In this document: positions 11,778-24,235 of the stretch, piece after piece | Layout of the letters: each line of letters begins with the position of its first letter | Numbering within the stretch: the stretch's first letter is position 1 | Source: Felis catus | Lineage: Eukaryota | Length of the DNA stretch: 64,000 bases | NCBI RefSeq assembly: GCF_018350175.1 | Contig: NC_058368.1 | Location: 77,750,001 to 77,814,000 of the forward strand | Reading direction: 5' to 3' | Notes under the pieces: generated by a model | Told to the model about the DNA's origin: nothing | Databases searched by the model: none | What the model saw: only the letters and a program-made list of their open reading frames with translations | Position numbers and translations under genes: made by a program

Positions 11778-14479
11778 AAATGACCAGAGGAAATTAAACT
11801 GAGAACAGGTAGAGCGTAACCTAGTTATGACCCAATTGATCTGCTGAAGATTCACCGAGATCTTAAACAAAACTACAAAATTAGGACAGCCGTCATTCCT
11901 CTAAGCCAAGATATTCACAATGTATCTTGTGGAGTTTCCTAATTAACCCCAGTGAAATTTCAGACATGATTTTCTATTGCTGTGAGTGGTAAGGAAAAAA
12001 AAAAAACACATCAGATGTTTACTTGGAAAATCACAGCTGGAAGATCAGTTTGATGTGGAGAAGAATGAACAGATTTGTGCCTGATACACTTCTATGCTTA
12101 ACTTGGCTCCTCTGTGATAAACTGTTAACATTTGCAAGAGGTTCAGGGGATGTCTGTGGGAACATGAATGGAGGAGTTCTTGATGGTCTAGGGAAAAAAA
12201 AAACATCCTGAGAGCTTGCGCAGGTATGTTCCATTTTGGAAGCATAAATCTTTAATTTTCAAACAGAGAGTATTATTTTTAATGACATATCATATATGCA
12301 TGAGCATGAAGGTACACCTGTACGCACTCATGCCCCGCCCCCCCCCCACGTTTTTCATGGCTGAATATTAATTACCTAATTTTTTGCCTCAATTTTAAAA
12401 ATCCTGTGCAGCTTGAGCTTGTCTGGATTTTTCCTCTTGAAAAAATAAGACTTCTTACATTTCAAAAGTATTTCATTTATTACAAAGGAATAGTAACCTA
12501 ACAATCTTTAAAATGAATGAGGTCATTACTGATGTAATTGAAAGAACATGAACTAATTAAAAAAATGTAAGCGTATATAAACATAAATATCCTTAAATTA
12601 CCAGCAAATTATGTGATAAAGATAGCTCAGAATTATTCTCTGCAATTAATCTAGACAATAATGCAATAATTTGCATGTTGGTAATAGCAATTAAAAAAAC
12701 ATCAACATGTTTTACTGATTAGAAAAGAGTAGTGTTCACAATGGGCCTAATTTGCTCATCTACATAATAAAGTAAATAGAAACTACATTTATGTAATCAT
12801 AAAATAAGTTAAAACCACATATTCCGGTTAAGAAAAAGTATGTAAATATAATCTAACAGTGTGGCATATCAGTTACTTACAATCTGCATGGGAGCATATG
12901 CTTTTTTTTAATTAAAAACTGTCCAATTAATCAGGGATTCACTACCTGAATCCCTGGAACATTTGTTTCTTTTTTACCCTGTGAAATTACTGGAATCATC
13001 TGAGGCTTCAAAATCTGTTTCCCACAAATCTAGGATAAGCGTTCACGTTCAAAGATGTCACCCTCCTGGAGGAATCGGAGGTCACTGTCCTGCTCTCAGT
13101 CAGGCATGTGAGCTCGAAGTGAGGAAGAGTTGGGGTCAAAATGGAGAACCCATTAGGCCCTGAGGTATGACCCCACCTGATAAGGACAACAGATGACATT
13201 CCTTTCTGATGAAAGATGCTGTCAGCAATGACTGATGCTTATAAAACACATGGGACTCCGCAGGATGCACAGAACAGGACCAAGCGTTGGTCACTTGCAA
13301 TTCAACTTCTACTTCTGTCTTGTTCAAAATTTGAGGACACAACTTAACCATTGAAGAAACCAAAGCACAGCTTAATATTTTAATGATTAAAAAATGGCAT
13401 AATGCCTTGTATCATAAACTCCTGTAGACAGGTCGTGTGTGGCCCTTGCCCACAAACCCGTTCCTCTTCCTGGCTAACCACTAATTATTCTTCAGGTAAA
13501 GAATGAATTCGTCGTCTTCCTCCAGGGCTGCCCAGCCCCACCTCTGTCTCCCTGCAGCACCCATCCACTCACTTCTGTCCCATTTCACTTGTTCAGCCAG
13601 GTCTCCCCAAGGGACAGGGAGCAGCCTAATGGACTACGTTGTAATCGTGTTTCTTTTCTCAGTGCTTAGCACAAGGCAAGCAGACCAGCCCCTGCAACAT
13701 TTGAAGAGAGGAGTGAATTATTACGAAATAGCAGAAGCATTAATAAGCTGTGTGGCTTTAAGAATTCACTTAACTCAGTCTGGCCTTAAAAAGGATGAAC
13801 AGGAATTGAGTAAGCAGTCAGGAAGAGAGAACATTCCAGACAGGGGAAAGAGAATCAGGAAACAGAGATATAAGGGAGCGAGGTATCTCCATGGAATAGT
13901 TAATGATGGCCCTCAAACTTCACGCTTTTGACTCTTCATACAACCCCACATTTTCACACTATATACACTGAAACTCGTAAAATATCATTCCTTTCCTTTC
14001 ATTTGGACTTTCAGATAAAAGGTGCGGAGTGCTGGCTTCCAGCTCTTCCAGGATGGCCCTGGGCGGCACGAACCAAACATTCACCAGCTCTGCCCGCACT
14101 GCACTGATTAAGATTCATTTTATTTGGATCTGGAATCCAGCGCTGACAGCCAAGTGAGCGATGAGTGGGCATCACCTAATGGAGAGGAGGATGTCTTGGG
14201 AGATTCTGACAGCGACAGAATTTGAGAAATTATCCATGGTAGGGGTGCAACTGGCTGGCAGTGGTGCTCTGGCTTGATATCCTTTCATCTGATGGCCCCG
14301 GGTGTCAAGGTAGCTTTTGTAAAGAAGAAAGCAAGCCAACCTCACGGCTGGGCTAAGCCATCAGTCTCATCTACCAAGAGAAGGGAATGGTCTACCATGG
14401 GTAGAAAGCAAGGGCTCTATGGCCCCCCTGTGGACACTTTCCTGCCGCTCACTCTCCTTCTGCTGCACCGGGCTCCCTG

Positions 14480-14780
14480 AGAGCTAGCCCTCTGACCTCT
14501 CCAACTCCCCGGCTCGGGTCTTCTCGCTGCTCTGTCTCCACCGGGGTTAGCTACGTCCCATCCTCACATCCCAGGCACCTGCTCCAAGTGCCTGCCAACT
14601 CTATCCAACAAACCCTCCGTCACAGCAGAACGCTCTCCCTTTGTCAATGCACACGTATTTCCCAGTCACTGATCACTTCTGCAGTTGTTGACTTTATTCC
14701 CTGCCTGTACCCCCCACTAGTATGTACACCGTGAAGAACCTAGAACACGGTAAGGAATTTTTATGTGAATCAAATACATG
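14480..14780 (+). mobile_element. L2 3'-end remnant
   Basis: Pyrimidine-rich body ending CCTAGAACACGGTAAGGAATTTTTATGTGAAT, similar to the L2 terminus. Confidence 0.45.
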
Positions 14781-15339
14781 CACACAGGAAGAAGCAGAAT
14801 CCAACAGGTGTCTCTGATTTAACATTTTTAAAGTCGGCTAGGTTTAAATGTAGCCGGCGTGATGACTGGAATATGCCCATAGCATGCACACGCGCGCATC
14901 AAACACTCATTCCGCTCAAAAATGCCAGGGCAGAAATGCAGCCTGTTGGGGCACCTGAACAGCTATGCCAGGAAAAGTAGGGAGCAAAACAATATTGCAA
15001 ATCACCAAAGCTATTGGGAAAACATAATACCAATTGCATTATAATTACATGAACTGGAACCTCTCCAGAACACTGAGGCTAATCATCTGTGGAGAGCAGC
15101 TGACACTATACGAAGAAAAACAAGCATTTCTAACTAATGCATGAACTACGAACTGTGTCCCCCCATCTTGCCAGTAAAATTTCAGAGATCATGTAGAAAG
15201 ATCATAAATGCCAGAAATGTATCTGGCCCTGTGTAAAGAATACTCCCTATTTTTATTGCAGCTTTTAGTGAAGGGATTTTAATTGTGTGTAAACCCTTAA
15301 GGAGAAAGAACTCTGTCCTCTGCACTCTTATATAAACAT

Positions 15340-16400
15340 CCCCGCTGCTGCACGTTCACAAATATTTATCTTGCACCTGAGATGTTATCTTAAGGTACAT
15401 TCCTATGAGAGAAGGATGGACTTAATTAAAACATTTTTAATACATATTTTTAATTTTTTTAAAATGTTTATTTTTGAAAGAGAGAGAGACAGAGCACGAG
15501 CAGGGGAGGGGCAGAGAGAGGGAGACGCAGAATCCGAAGCAGGCTCCAGGCTCTGAGCTGTCAGCACAGAGCCGACACAGGGCTCTAACTCATCAACTGT
15601 GAGATCATGACCTGAGCTGAAGTTGGATGCTTAACCGACTGAGCCACCTAGGCACCCCCATAAATACATATTTTAATATGCTATTTAGAAAGAGAAAGTT
15701 CTCAATCGCTGTCCCTTATCATCAAATTTCCCCACTTATTCTAATCCAAAATTTAAAATGGTACTTTTTGGTTACATTTACATTGAACATTTGGTTTTTT
15801 ACATTTTTTTTATGGATTTTCTGTTCATATGTAATTTTTTTTCTCATTTTTTCGTATGTTCATCTTGGTTTGAATTTGATGGATATGTTGCAAATATCTT
15901 TTCCAGCTTCTTACTTACATTCTAATTTAATACTGCTCATTTAAAAATAACATTTTGGAAAATGGATTGGAAAATTTGTCTAAACCCAATTGTGGCCTGT
16001 CCTTTGAATTAAAGTGACATGCCCAAGTTTTTAATTTTGTAGAGAAAAAAATATATATATTTTATTTATTATTATTATTATTATTATTTATATATAATAA
16101 ATATAAATATCAATATTTACTGATATTCTCCTTTGAATTTTTTATTACTTTTATGCTTAGGAAGTGATTCATCATTCTGCAACTGAATATTCCTGTATTT
16201 GTTTTTATGTGATTAAGGCATCATATTTTATAATTAAGTCTTTAATACAGCTGATTTAGTGTACTGATCCAAATTACAGTTTTTCTCTCTCTCTCTCAGC
16301 TAGCTAGCAACCCAAGAAGCATTAGCTGAAAAATGCTTTCTTTCTTAACTGATTTACAAGTCACTTTATCATAACGCTAAATCCTTTTTAAGTGCCCGGG
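15340..16400 (-). mobile_element. Very old L1 (L1ME-like) remnant, interrupted by a SINE
   Basis: T-rich with reverse L1 ORF2-like motifs (TATGTTGCAAATATCTTTTCC, TTAAGTCTTTAATACAGCTG). Confidence 0.45.
15450..15659 (-). mobile_element. Can-SINE
   Basis: Reverse SINE; TSD AATACATATTTT. Confidence 0.95.
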
Positions 16401-17072
16401 TCTGAATAAAATTTCTTGTAGTCAACCAAGAACAACATGGAAGAGAAATAATAAGAGAAATTGAACGGAAGTAGACTCTCAAAAACCACGGGGTTTCAAG
16501 GAGAAATGTTTAAAGTAAAACTGCATCCGATCCTTTGAAATATTGGGACTCTGTCCCCCTCAGTGTGAACCATGTTCCTATTCTAAAAGAAGTCTTGAAG
16601 AAGTCATTAAGAGTTTTCAGTGATGTTTATTTCCTTTGAATGAACTGTCATCATGGACTGTTTTGTTACTTACTTTTTTGATGAGTTAAAAAAACTTTGA
16701 TAGTACTTTTTTCCCTGTTACAGTGCTTCTCTAAGAAGGACTCTTTCTAGTGGCCTGGCTGTGTACGTTCTCATCAAGAAATAAGGAATTTCTCTGACTA
16801 TATATTGAGAGTTCAGGTTATGTGAAACATCGGGCTTTTCTTGTGATCTAGTCCAGACTCACACTTCATAAACTATTGGAAAATTCACCGAAATGCATTT
16901 CCTGAAGTTACCATACATCCATATCTTTTGATATTCTAAAATGTTTGATTATTTCTCACAGACATCATTCCACCTCTGATTTTACTGTCTCATGTCTAGT
17001 CTTTTTATATGACTAGCCTTGGATGTTAATGAAATTCTCAAGAACTTCAATTTAAAGAAGATATAAATTTGT

Positions 17073-17228
17073 GGGGTGCCTGGGTGGCTCACTTGGTTAA
17101 GTGTCCAACTCTTAATTTCAGCTCAGGTCATCTCATGGTTTATGAGTTCGAGCCCTGCACTGGGTTCTGCGCTGACATTGCAAACCTTGCTTTGGAATCC
17201 CTCTCTCTCCTTTTTTCTGCCCATCACC

Positions 17229-17273
<45 letters not shown>

Positions 17274-17366
17274 AAAAATAAATAAATAAACTTTAAAAAA
17301 TAAAGAAAAATAAAGAAAGAAAATAAAGAAAAAAGAGAGAAAAGAAAGAAAATATAAAGAAAAATA
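17073..17366 (+). mobile_element. Can-SINE (diverged) with expanded A/G-rich tail
   Basis: Head, (CT)n, ~90-nt purine tail; TSD ~AAAGAAGATATAAAT/AAAGAAAATATAGAAT. Confidence 0.92.
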
Positions 17367-17634
17367 AAGAAAATATAGAATCCCTGAAAAGATAGCAATT
17401 AATTTAGAAATTAATAATTAGGAACATAATCATATTTTCATGCTGGTTTTTAAGACAAGATTGCAAATACATTGATAAAAGACAAGATGTTGCCCCGAGA
17501 TAGGCCTCAAAAATAACAGTAATGTTAGAAACACAATGATTTAGAAAAACTACGTAAAAATGAGAGCTACACAATATTTTGAATGATATGAAAACAAATT
17601 AGGTATAAATACTAAACTGAAACTTAAAATAACA

Positions 17635-17660
17635 TTTTTTAAATTTTTTAATATTTATTT

Positions 17661-17708
<48 letters not shown>

Positions 17709-17876
17709 ATGAGCATGGGAGGGGCATGAGAGAGAGGGAGACACAGAATCCGAAGCAGGCTTCAGGCCCTGAGCTGTCAGCACAGAACCTGACGCGGGGC
17801 TCAAACTCAGGAACTGTGAGATCATGACCTGAGCCGAAGCCAAAGGCTTAACCAACTGAGCCGCCCAGCTGTCCCT
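17635..17876 (-). mobile_element. Can-SINE
   Basis: Reverse SINE with long (GA)n; TSD ~AAAATAACATT/AAAATAGCGTT. Confidence 0.95.
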
Positions 17877-18209
17877 AAAATAGCGTTGTAAAAACTGGAT
17901 TGTTTGTCTGGGTCCAAGTGCTATCTGTCCTTTCAATGAAAACTTTTAATAATTTTATACATTTGAATTGCATAATGGTAAATTTATGATTTATGATTTT
18001 GGATAGTTTCTTTAATGTGTGTTCAGGAATCTTCTGAATTAGAATTTAAGGTCTTAGGTCTTCCCTTGGACAAAACAAAACAAAACAAACTCACCAATTA
18101 CAACGACATACCACTCCCTCCTGTTTTGTAGGCAGTTCCATGGTGCCTGAAAGGGCACCATTGAATTCGTGGCTTCGGTTAAGGACTTATTAAAAGTTTA
18201 ATGCCTCTA

Positions 18210-18418
18210 GGGGCACCTGGTTGGCTCAGTTGGTTAAGCGTCCAACTTTGGCTCAAGTCATGATCTCATGGTTCATTGTTTGAGCCCTGTGTTGGGCTCT
18301 GTGCTGACACCTCAGAGCCTGGAGCCTACTTCGGATTCTGTGTCTCCCTCTCTCTCTGCCCCTCCCCTGCTTGTGCTCTGTCTCTGTCTCAAAATTAAAT
18401 AAACATTAAAATTTTTTT
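18210..18418 (+). mobile_element. Can-SINE
   Basis: Typical structure; imperfect TSD. Confidence 0.95.
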
Positions 18419-18677
18419 TAAGGTTTAGTATCCCTAAAGGAGTGTCTTCATACATCACTGGATGACACAAGGTGAAATCAGTTCTTCAGACTGTTTGATG
18501 ACAGATGACATTGATTTATTGGGCCATGGGAAGGAGAAAAAAAGGATCTATTGTTGCCTGGGGAGAAACAGGGACCTAAATATCCCACCAGGCAAAGAGC
18601 TGCAGGAAGGAACTTCTTTGCACAGTGGAGAGGGAGAATGAAGGTGGGGAAGATGGAATGTGAGACGGAAGCTAGAA

Positions 18678-18870
18678 TCATGGTTTCCAAAGTGTGGTCC
18701 TCGGAAACTTGTGAGAAACAGAAGTGCTTGCCTCCCTCCCAGTCTCACGGAATGTATGCATTCAAATGTATGATTCAAATGTATCAGAAATTCTGCAGCA
18801 GAGCCCGGATATCTGTGCTTGAACAAGCCTCCCAGGTGATTCCCATGCATGTTCAAGTTGGAGAACCACC
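18678..18870. mobile_element. MER5A-like hAT-Charlie DNA transposon remnant
   Basis: Termini TGGTTTCCAAAGTGTGGTCC ... AACAAGCCTCCCAGGTGATTC...AAGTTGGAGAACCAC. Confidence 0.75.
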
Positions 18871-21765
18871 AACATGTTTACTTCAGAATTTTGTCTCATT
18901 TCCTGATTAGTTACCTCAGGGCCTTTGCACATCCACATGAGCCTTTTTATAAGAGTGCTTTGGAGGTAATTAGTTAACCTGATTTGGAAACTAACTCGAG
19001 CATGTATTCCCTTTACGCATGAGATTTGTTTTATAACTGAGATATAACATTTGATTTTTCCTTGAATTCATTATTACACCTTGTTTACTTAGTGATTGGG
19101 GCACTTTTCATCATTCCACTTGAGAATTTCAGTGGAACTAGCATTCACTTGACATCTGATTTCTATACTCCAAGAGATTGTTTCATACTTTGCCATCTCG
19201 ACAATACTTTACAGACTCCTCCTGTTAAAAGTGATATTATTAGCATCCGACATGGGGAGAGCCAGCTCAAAAGCCCCCAGGGACCAGCCCGGCAATGTGA
19301 ACAAGCGAAGGAAGCCTGGGTCACACAAATACTTGTGAGGGCCACAACTGAGGCACAATCTATGTCTTCTACATCTGACTGACTTATGTTCCAACTAAGT
19401 CATTTAATAAATGCATCTTTTACTTTTTTCTTTCATGGTGGATTTCCTTTATTTGGCCCTTGGAATGGTCGAACTCACATGACATATGTGTTTATAACAC
19501 AGCTGTTACGATTTTGTGTCTACGTCACAATTGGTGAGGCTGAGATTCAAAACCCAGTTCTTTTGGACTCCAAAGCGGGCATTCCTAGGATGATGCATTG
19601 GTCTTGCTCTATATCATGAAGACGTATACACTCACAAAACCTTTTTTTTTAAGTTCCTAATGATAGCATACTTTTAAGAATTGTTCTTAGTTAATAAGTA
19701 GTTTCTTAAAATATCATTAAAAACCAAGAAAACACAAAGAAACAGATAGCCACTAGCTATTGTTAGCTCAATGAGAATTTTAAGTATTCATAAGTTACAT
19801 AATAATTATTATTGGGTAATTTCTAAAAGAATTATGATTGTGTAGAATATTCCCAGCAGAATAACACTAAGTTGTTCTTTGTCATGGTTGACAAAACCCC
19901 TTAAGTAGTTAGATATGTGTGAATGGCACTCTCTTTGCGTACAGCAAAGATTGGATCTTTCACGGACTCCTGTTCCTCACACTGAGTAAGGCTCCAGCAC
20001 ACTGAAAAGGAATTAACTCCAAATTCTTCGGCCTCTGCTAAAGCCGGAAACACCTAACATATAAAAAGTGTTGTCAAGTTTGAAAAGACTGTGCCTGAGT
20101 TTTGATGTAACCACTTTTCATTATACTTCCCCATAAGTAATATTTGAAATTCTAATTTCTCTGTCATGATCAAAAGATAGTACCAAGTATCTTAAAGCTG
20201 TATTCCTGATTTCCTAAAATGGATATTTTATATGTATAAATATATGCTGACTGAGAGGTGGAAAACACAGACCTTCTAGAGCAGTGAATGATTTCGTGAT
20301 GCACGGTTGATTGAATGGTCTGGGGTCAATTTCCACAGTGACTGCTGGTCACTGAATTTTAAGATTCTGAATTCATTAGGGATAAAAATCATTTAATCTT
20401 CCATACTCAAACTCAGAACATTTTATATAATCTAGTCACCCAGTTATGAAATTCCTGACAGCACAGCAACCATTAATGTCTGGGAGATACATCTACTCAG
20501 TGCCATAAACAACATATACCAAAAAATGTTGTGAGATATGCTCAAACTAAAAATCTAAAAATATACAAGCTTGAGCATGTGAACTAATTTAGATGACAGG
20601 GAATTCTGATTAAGAATCCATGAAAGCCTGTGGCATTCTTTTTATAAAGACAATTCCAATAATACTCCATTAGGATTTCCCCCTGTTAAATTAACTTTAC
20701 AGACTTCTAATGGATTTCTTAATTAGACTTGTTATTACAAAGAATATTACATGAATTAAAAACAGTCCTGACAGCCACTTGTAATAAACAAAAAATGAAA
20801 AGGAAGATTTATGCTCCTTGCTTTTCCCCACCCAATCCAAAGCTTTTAATAATCTTATAAATGTATTGCAATTAATTATTCAACTGTCAAAGAATAAAAA
20901 GCTAGGTTCATTATATGCATGTTTGAAGACAGCCTTCCTGTGATTTCAAAATGGAAGCCGGTTACTGGAGTTGCTGTCCTAGCCTTGTTATTAAAGAGGC
21001 TGATATATCTCGAATAGTCCATTGTCCTGTTATGGCTTCAATATATTAATTTAGTATGTCTGCATCTTCAGAAGTATCCTTTCTCCTCCTTCCTTTTCTA
21101 CAACAAAAGGAGCTTTTACGCAGAAGTAAGGCATAGCTTTAATTCCAAACTCAGGGAATCTGAATGACCAGTCTCTTGACATTTAGAGAGAGAGAGGGAG
21201 AAATAAGATTTATGCCCATGATTGACCACAATCAAGCCCTGATCTTTCATTATATGTAGCCTTAAACCTGCACAATACACTTCATTTTTACTTCAGGGAT
21301 ATGTATATGTAATTGGAGGCAACAGATTTAAGTGTTACAGACAAAACTAGGTGGAACAAAGATGATCTTATTAAAATGAATGACCAGAACGTGAAGAGTC
21401 CTTTAGATGGAAAGTGTCTTCAAATTCCAGTCAACAGCCTACAACAGTGGTAACATGACAGCCTTCCAATAAAACACGGAGCAACAGATAAAGAAAGGGG
21501 AAAAGGTTAAGTGTTTTCCCAGGATGAAGAAAATCAGTAGACTCTGCTTATACTTACTCGTCGAACCTCTATCCGTGGATGACTGCTTTGCCTCAATGAG
21601 ATTTTAAGTCAATGTAGCTCAAAGAACTAAGTGTGTGTCCACCACTGCTGTGTTCCTTTTGCCTTAGTAAGAAATGAGAAGGATCTCTTGCTAACTATGA
21701 ATATGGACACTCCAAAAAAGTGTCTTTGAAATAAAGTTCTATAGATGAATTGCTTTTTATACTTA

Positions 21766-21767
<2 letters not shown>

Positions 21768-21804
<37 letters not shown>
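21768..21804. repeat. (TA)n microsatellite
   Basis: Direct reading. Confidence 0.95.
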
Positions 21805-21808
<4 letters not shown>

Positions 21809-22194
21809 CATGAAGAAAGAACAACAACAAAACCTCCAAATTAATATGAAGACAGAGTTCAAGGATGGCCTATGTCACCGAGCCTATGTCATTTACCAAC
21901 CTTGTGGAGCCAGGCAGCATAAATCGGTATGAACTCAGTTTCTTCTTCCCAGAGAATGAGAAGTAAGTCTTACCTGTCACCTTTATGGCTGCAGGATATG
22001 GAATTTTGCCGCCGTGGAGATAAATTATAAACCCTACTTCATCAGCAGCTAGTATATTATTCAGAACTCAAAGAGCTGAATTTGTTGGTTAATACTTCAC
22101 GTCGGCTTATGAATTCTATACTGCTGAATGCAATTATAGATATTAGTGGACACACAGCTATGCCATGACTAAGCTATATAAAGTCCAGACAGGT

Positions 22195-22520
22195 CTAATC
22201 ATTCATTCAACAAATATACTGTAGGATGTACTACAGGCACAATGAGTTTATTCCTCTCTCTGCTCCCAATGACCTCAGTTTACTGTGAGAGTCAGACAAA
22301 GCAAGAGTTAACATACAGCACAATAAATGCTAAGCTTTAGGAACGCACAAGGGCCTTCTTCAATACTAGCAAGGCATGTGATCTGGGCTTGGAGGGTCCA
22401 CTTCTAGAAGAGATTAGGTCTGATCCATGTTTTGAAAGATGTTGAACACGGGTGAGCTCTGCTAAGTGAAGGCTGCAGGCAATTATGCAGGTAGGAGAGA
22501 AAACACCCCCGGTATGGAGC
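22195..22520 (-). mobile_element. L2 remnant
   Basis: CATTCATTCAACAAATATACTG is the reverse L2 terminus. Confidence 0.55.
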
Positions 22521-23109
22521 ATTAGGGATACCCTGGGGAGTAGACATCAGTGTCGCCTTTGTAAATCTCCAGTGTCAGGGGTTACAATAAGCCAATTACT
22601 TACAATAACTAAGTATGCTAAAAATGAGCAAAATGAACCAGTGTAGATTAAGAAGTTGGGCCCTGGAATCAGATATCCGGGCTTGAAAACTGGGTAACCT
22701 ACAAGGAAGATGTGAGTTCCTGGGTGAGTTACTTAGTCCTGTGGTCACGTAAAGGTTGGTAAGGAAGTGCATGTAGAGACATGACTGCCAGACTATGTTG
22801 AATAAATGTCATCAACTACAGTGCTACAGAGACAAGCACACCCTTCCACGGGGGCACTGACTGAGGGGACTGCCACCACAGTCTGGAGGAATCAGGGGAA
22901 GTTTCTCTGTGCAGGTGACCTCTGAACGGAGATGTGAGGGATGTGAATAAGAGGTGTGCACGTGGACGCTGTGCAGGACAGGAGAGAGCAAGAAGAAATG
23001 CAAGGCAAAGGAGGGTTTTCTTCACTTTCTTTGCTGGAAAAAAGTCTGCTATTGAGATATGAAGTTATGGGAAAGAGTTCAGGTCACCAAGATTAAAAAG
23101 TAAGTTGGA

Positions 23110-23960
23110 TTAATCCAATCCATAAATGTGCGAAGGATCTGAATAGATATTTCTCCAAGAAATATATACAAATGGCCAATAAGCACAGCAAAAGATGCTT
23201 GCCATTATCGGTCACCAGGGAAATGCAAATCAAGCCCACAGTGAGACACCACCTCAGAGTCCCCAAGATGGTTAGAGTTGGAAAGTCCTATGATAACACC
23301 CACGGGTGAGGACGCAGAGAAAGCAGAGCCTTATGCGCTGCCGGTGGGCATAGAATGTGGCACAGGCACTTGGAACACCAATTTTGCGGTTTCTCAACTG
23401 TTTAAACAGAGTTACCATATAAGCCAGCAATCCTTCCTCTAGGTACATATGCCAAGGAATTTAAAACAGGTGTGCTAACCAAAACTTGCTTACAAATGTT
23501 CCTAGCAGCACAACTCACAATAGCCGGAAGGTGAGAACCCAAATGTGCATCGAAAGACGAATGGAAAAGCAAGCTATCTTTTATCCATATGATGGGATAT
23601 TAACCAAGAGGGAAAAGAAAGTGCTGACACCTTCTAAAATATGGGTGAGCCTCGAAACATTATGCTAGGTAAAGAAGCCAGTCACAGAAGACCACATGTT
23701 TTAGGATTCCTTTCACATAAAATGTCTACAGTAGACCAATCTATAGACCCAGAAAGTAACTCAGTACCCAGTTACTTAGGTCTGGGGGAGGGTGTGGAAA
23801 CGGAAGGATAAAGGGGTAAAAACCAAAAGGTATAGGTTTCTCTTTGTGGTGATGAAAATGCTCTAAAATTAACCATGGTGATATTTGCACAAAGGTAGGT
23901 ACATTACAACCCATTCACACTTTGAACAGCTGAATGGTATTGTATTGAATTACATGTCTA
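23110..23960 (+). mobile_element. L1 ORF2 end + 3'UTR (L1MB-like)
   Basis: GAATAGATATTTCTCCAAG, CAAATGGCCAATAAGCAC, AGAAGCCAGTCACAGAAGACCACATG, GGTGATGAAAATGCTCTAAAATT. Confidence 0.85.
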
Positions 23961-23999
23961 TTAGGTTTTTTCTTTCTTTTTCTTTTTTAAAGTAGTTGA

Positions 24000-24159
24000 G
24001 GGGCACCTGGGTGGCTCAAATGGTTGAGCATCTGACTCTTGATTCTGGCTCAGATCTTGATCCCACAACAGTTGTGGGATCGAGTCCCTAGTTGAGCTCT
24101 GCACTGACAATGCGGAACCTGCTTGGGATTCTCTCTCTCCCTTTCTCTCTGCCCCTCCC

Positions 24160-24210
<51 letters not shown>

Positions 24211-24235
24211 ATATATATATAAACTTACAAAGAAA
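24000..24235 (+). mobile_element. Can-SINE (older subfamily)
   Basis: Typical structure; TSD AAAGTAGTTGA/AAAGTAGTCGA. Confidence 0.93.

Noticed and set aside
16724..16816. Plus-strand acceptor and donor pair
   Set aside because: Stops in all three frames and a weak donor; nothing else supports it
19900..20053. Minus-strand acceptor followed by an open frame (VFPALAEAEEFG...)
   Set aside because: Only ~50 codons, no convincing donor, peptide not recognised
21960..22060. Strong minus-strand donor CAG|GTAAGA
   Set aside because: Abuts a MIR-like relic and has no clear acceptor
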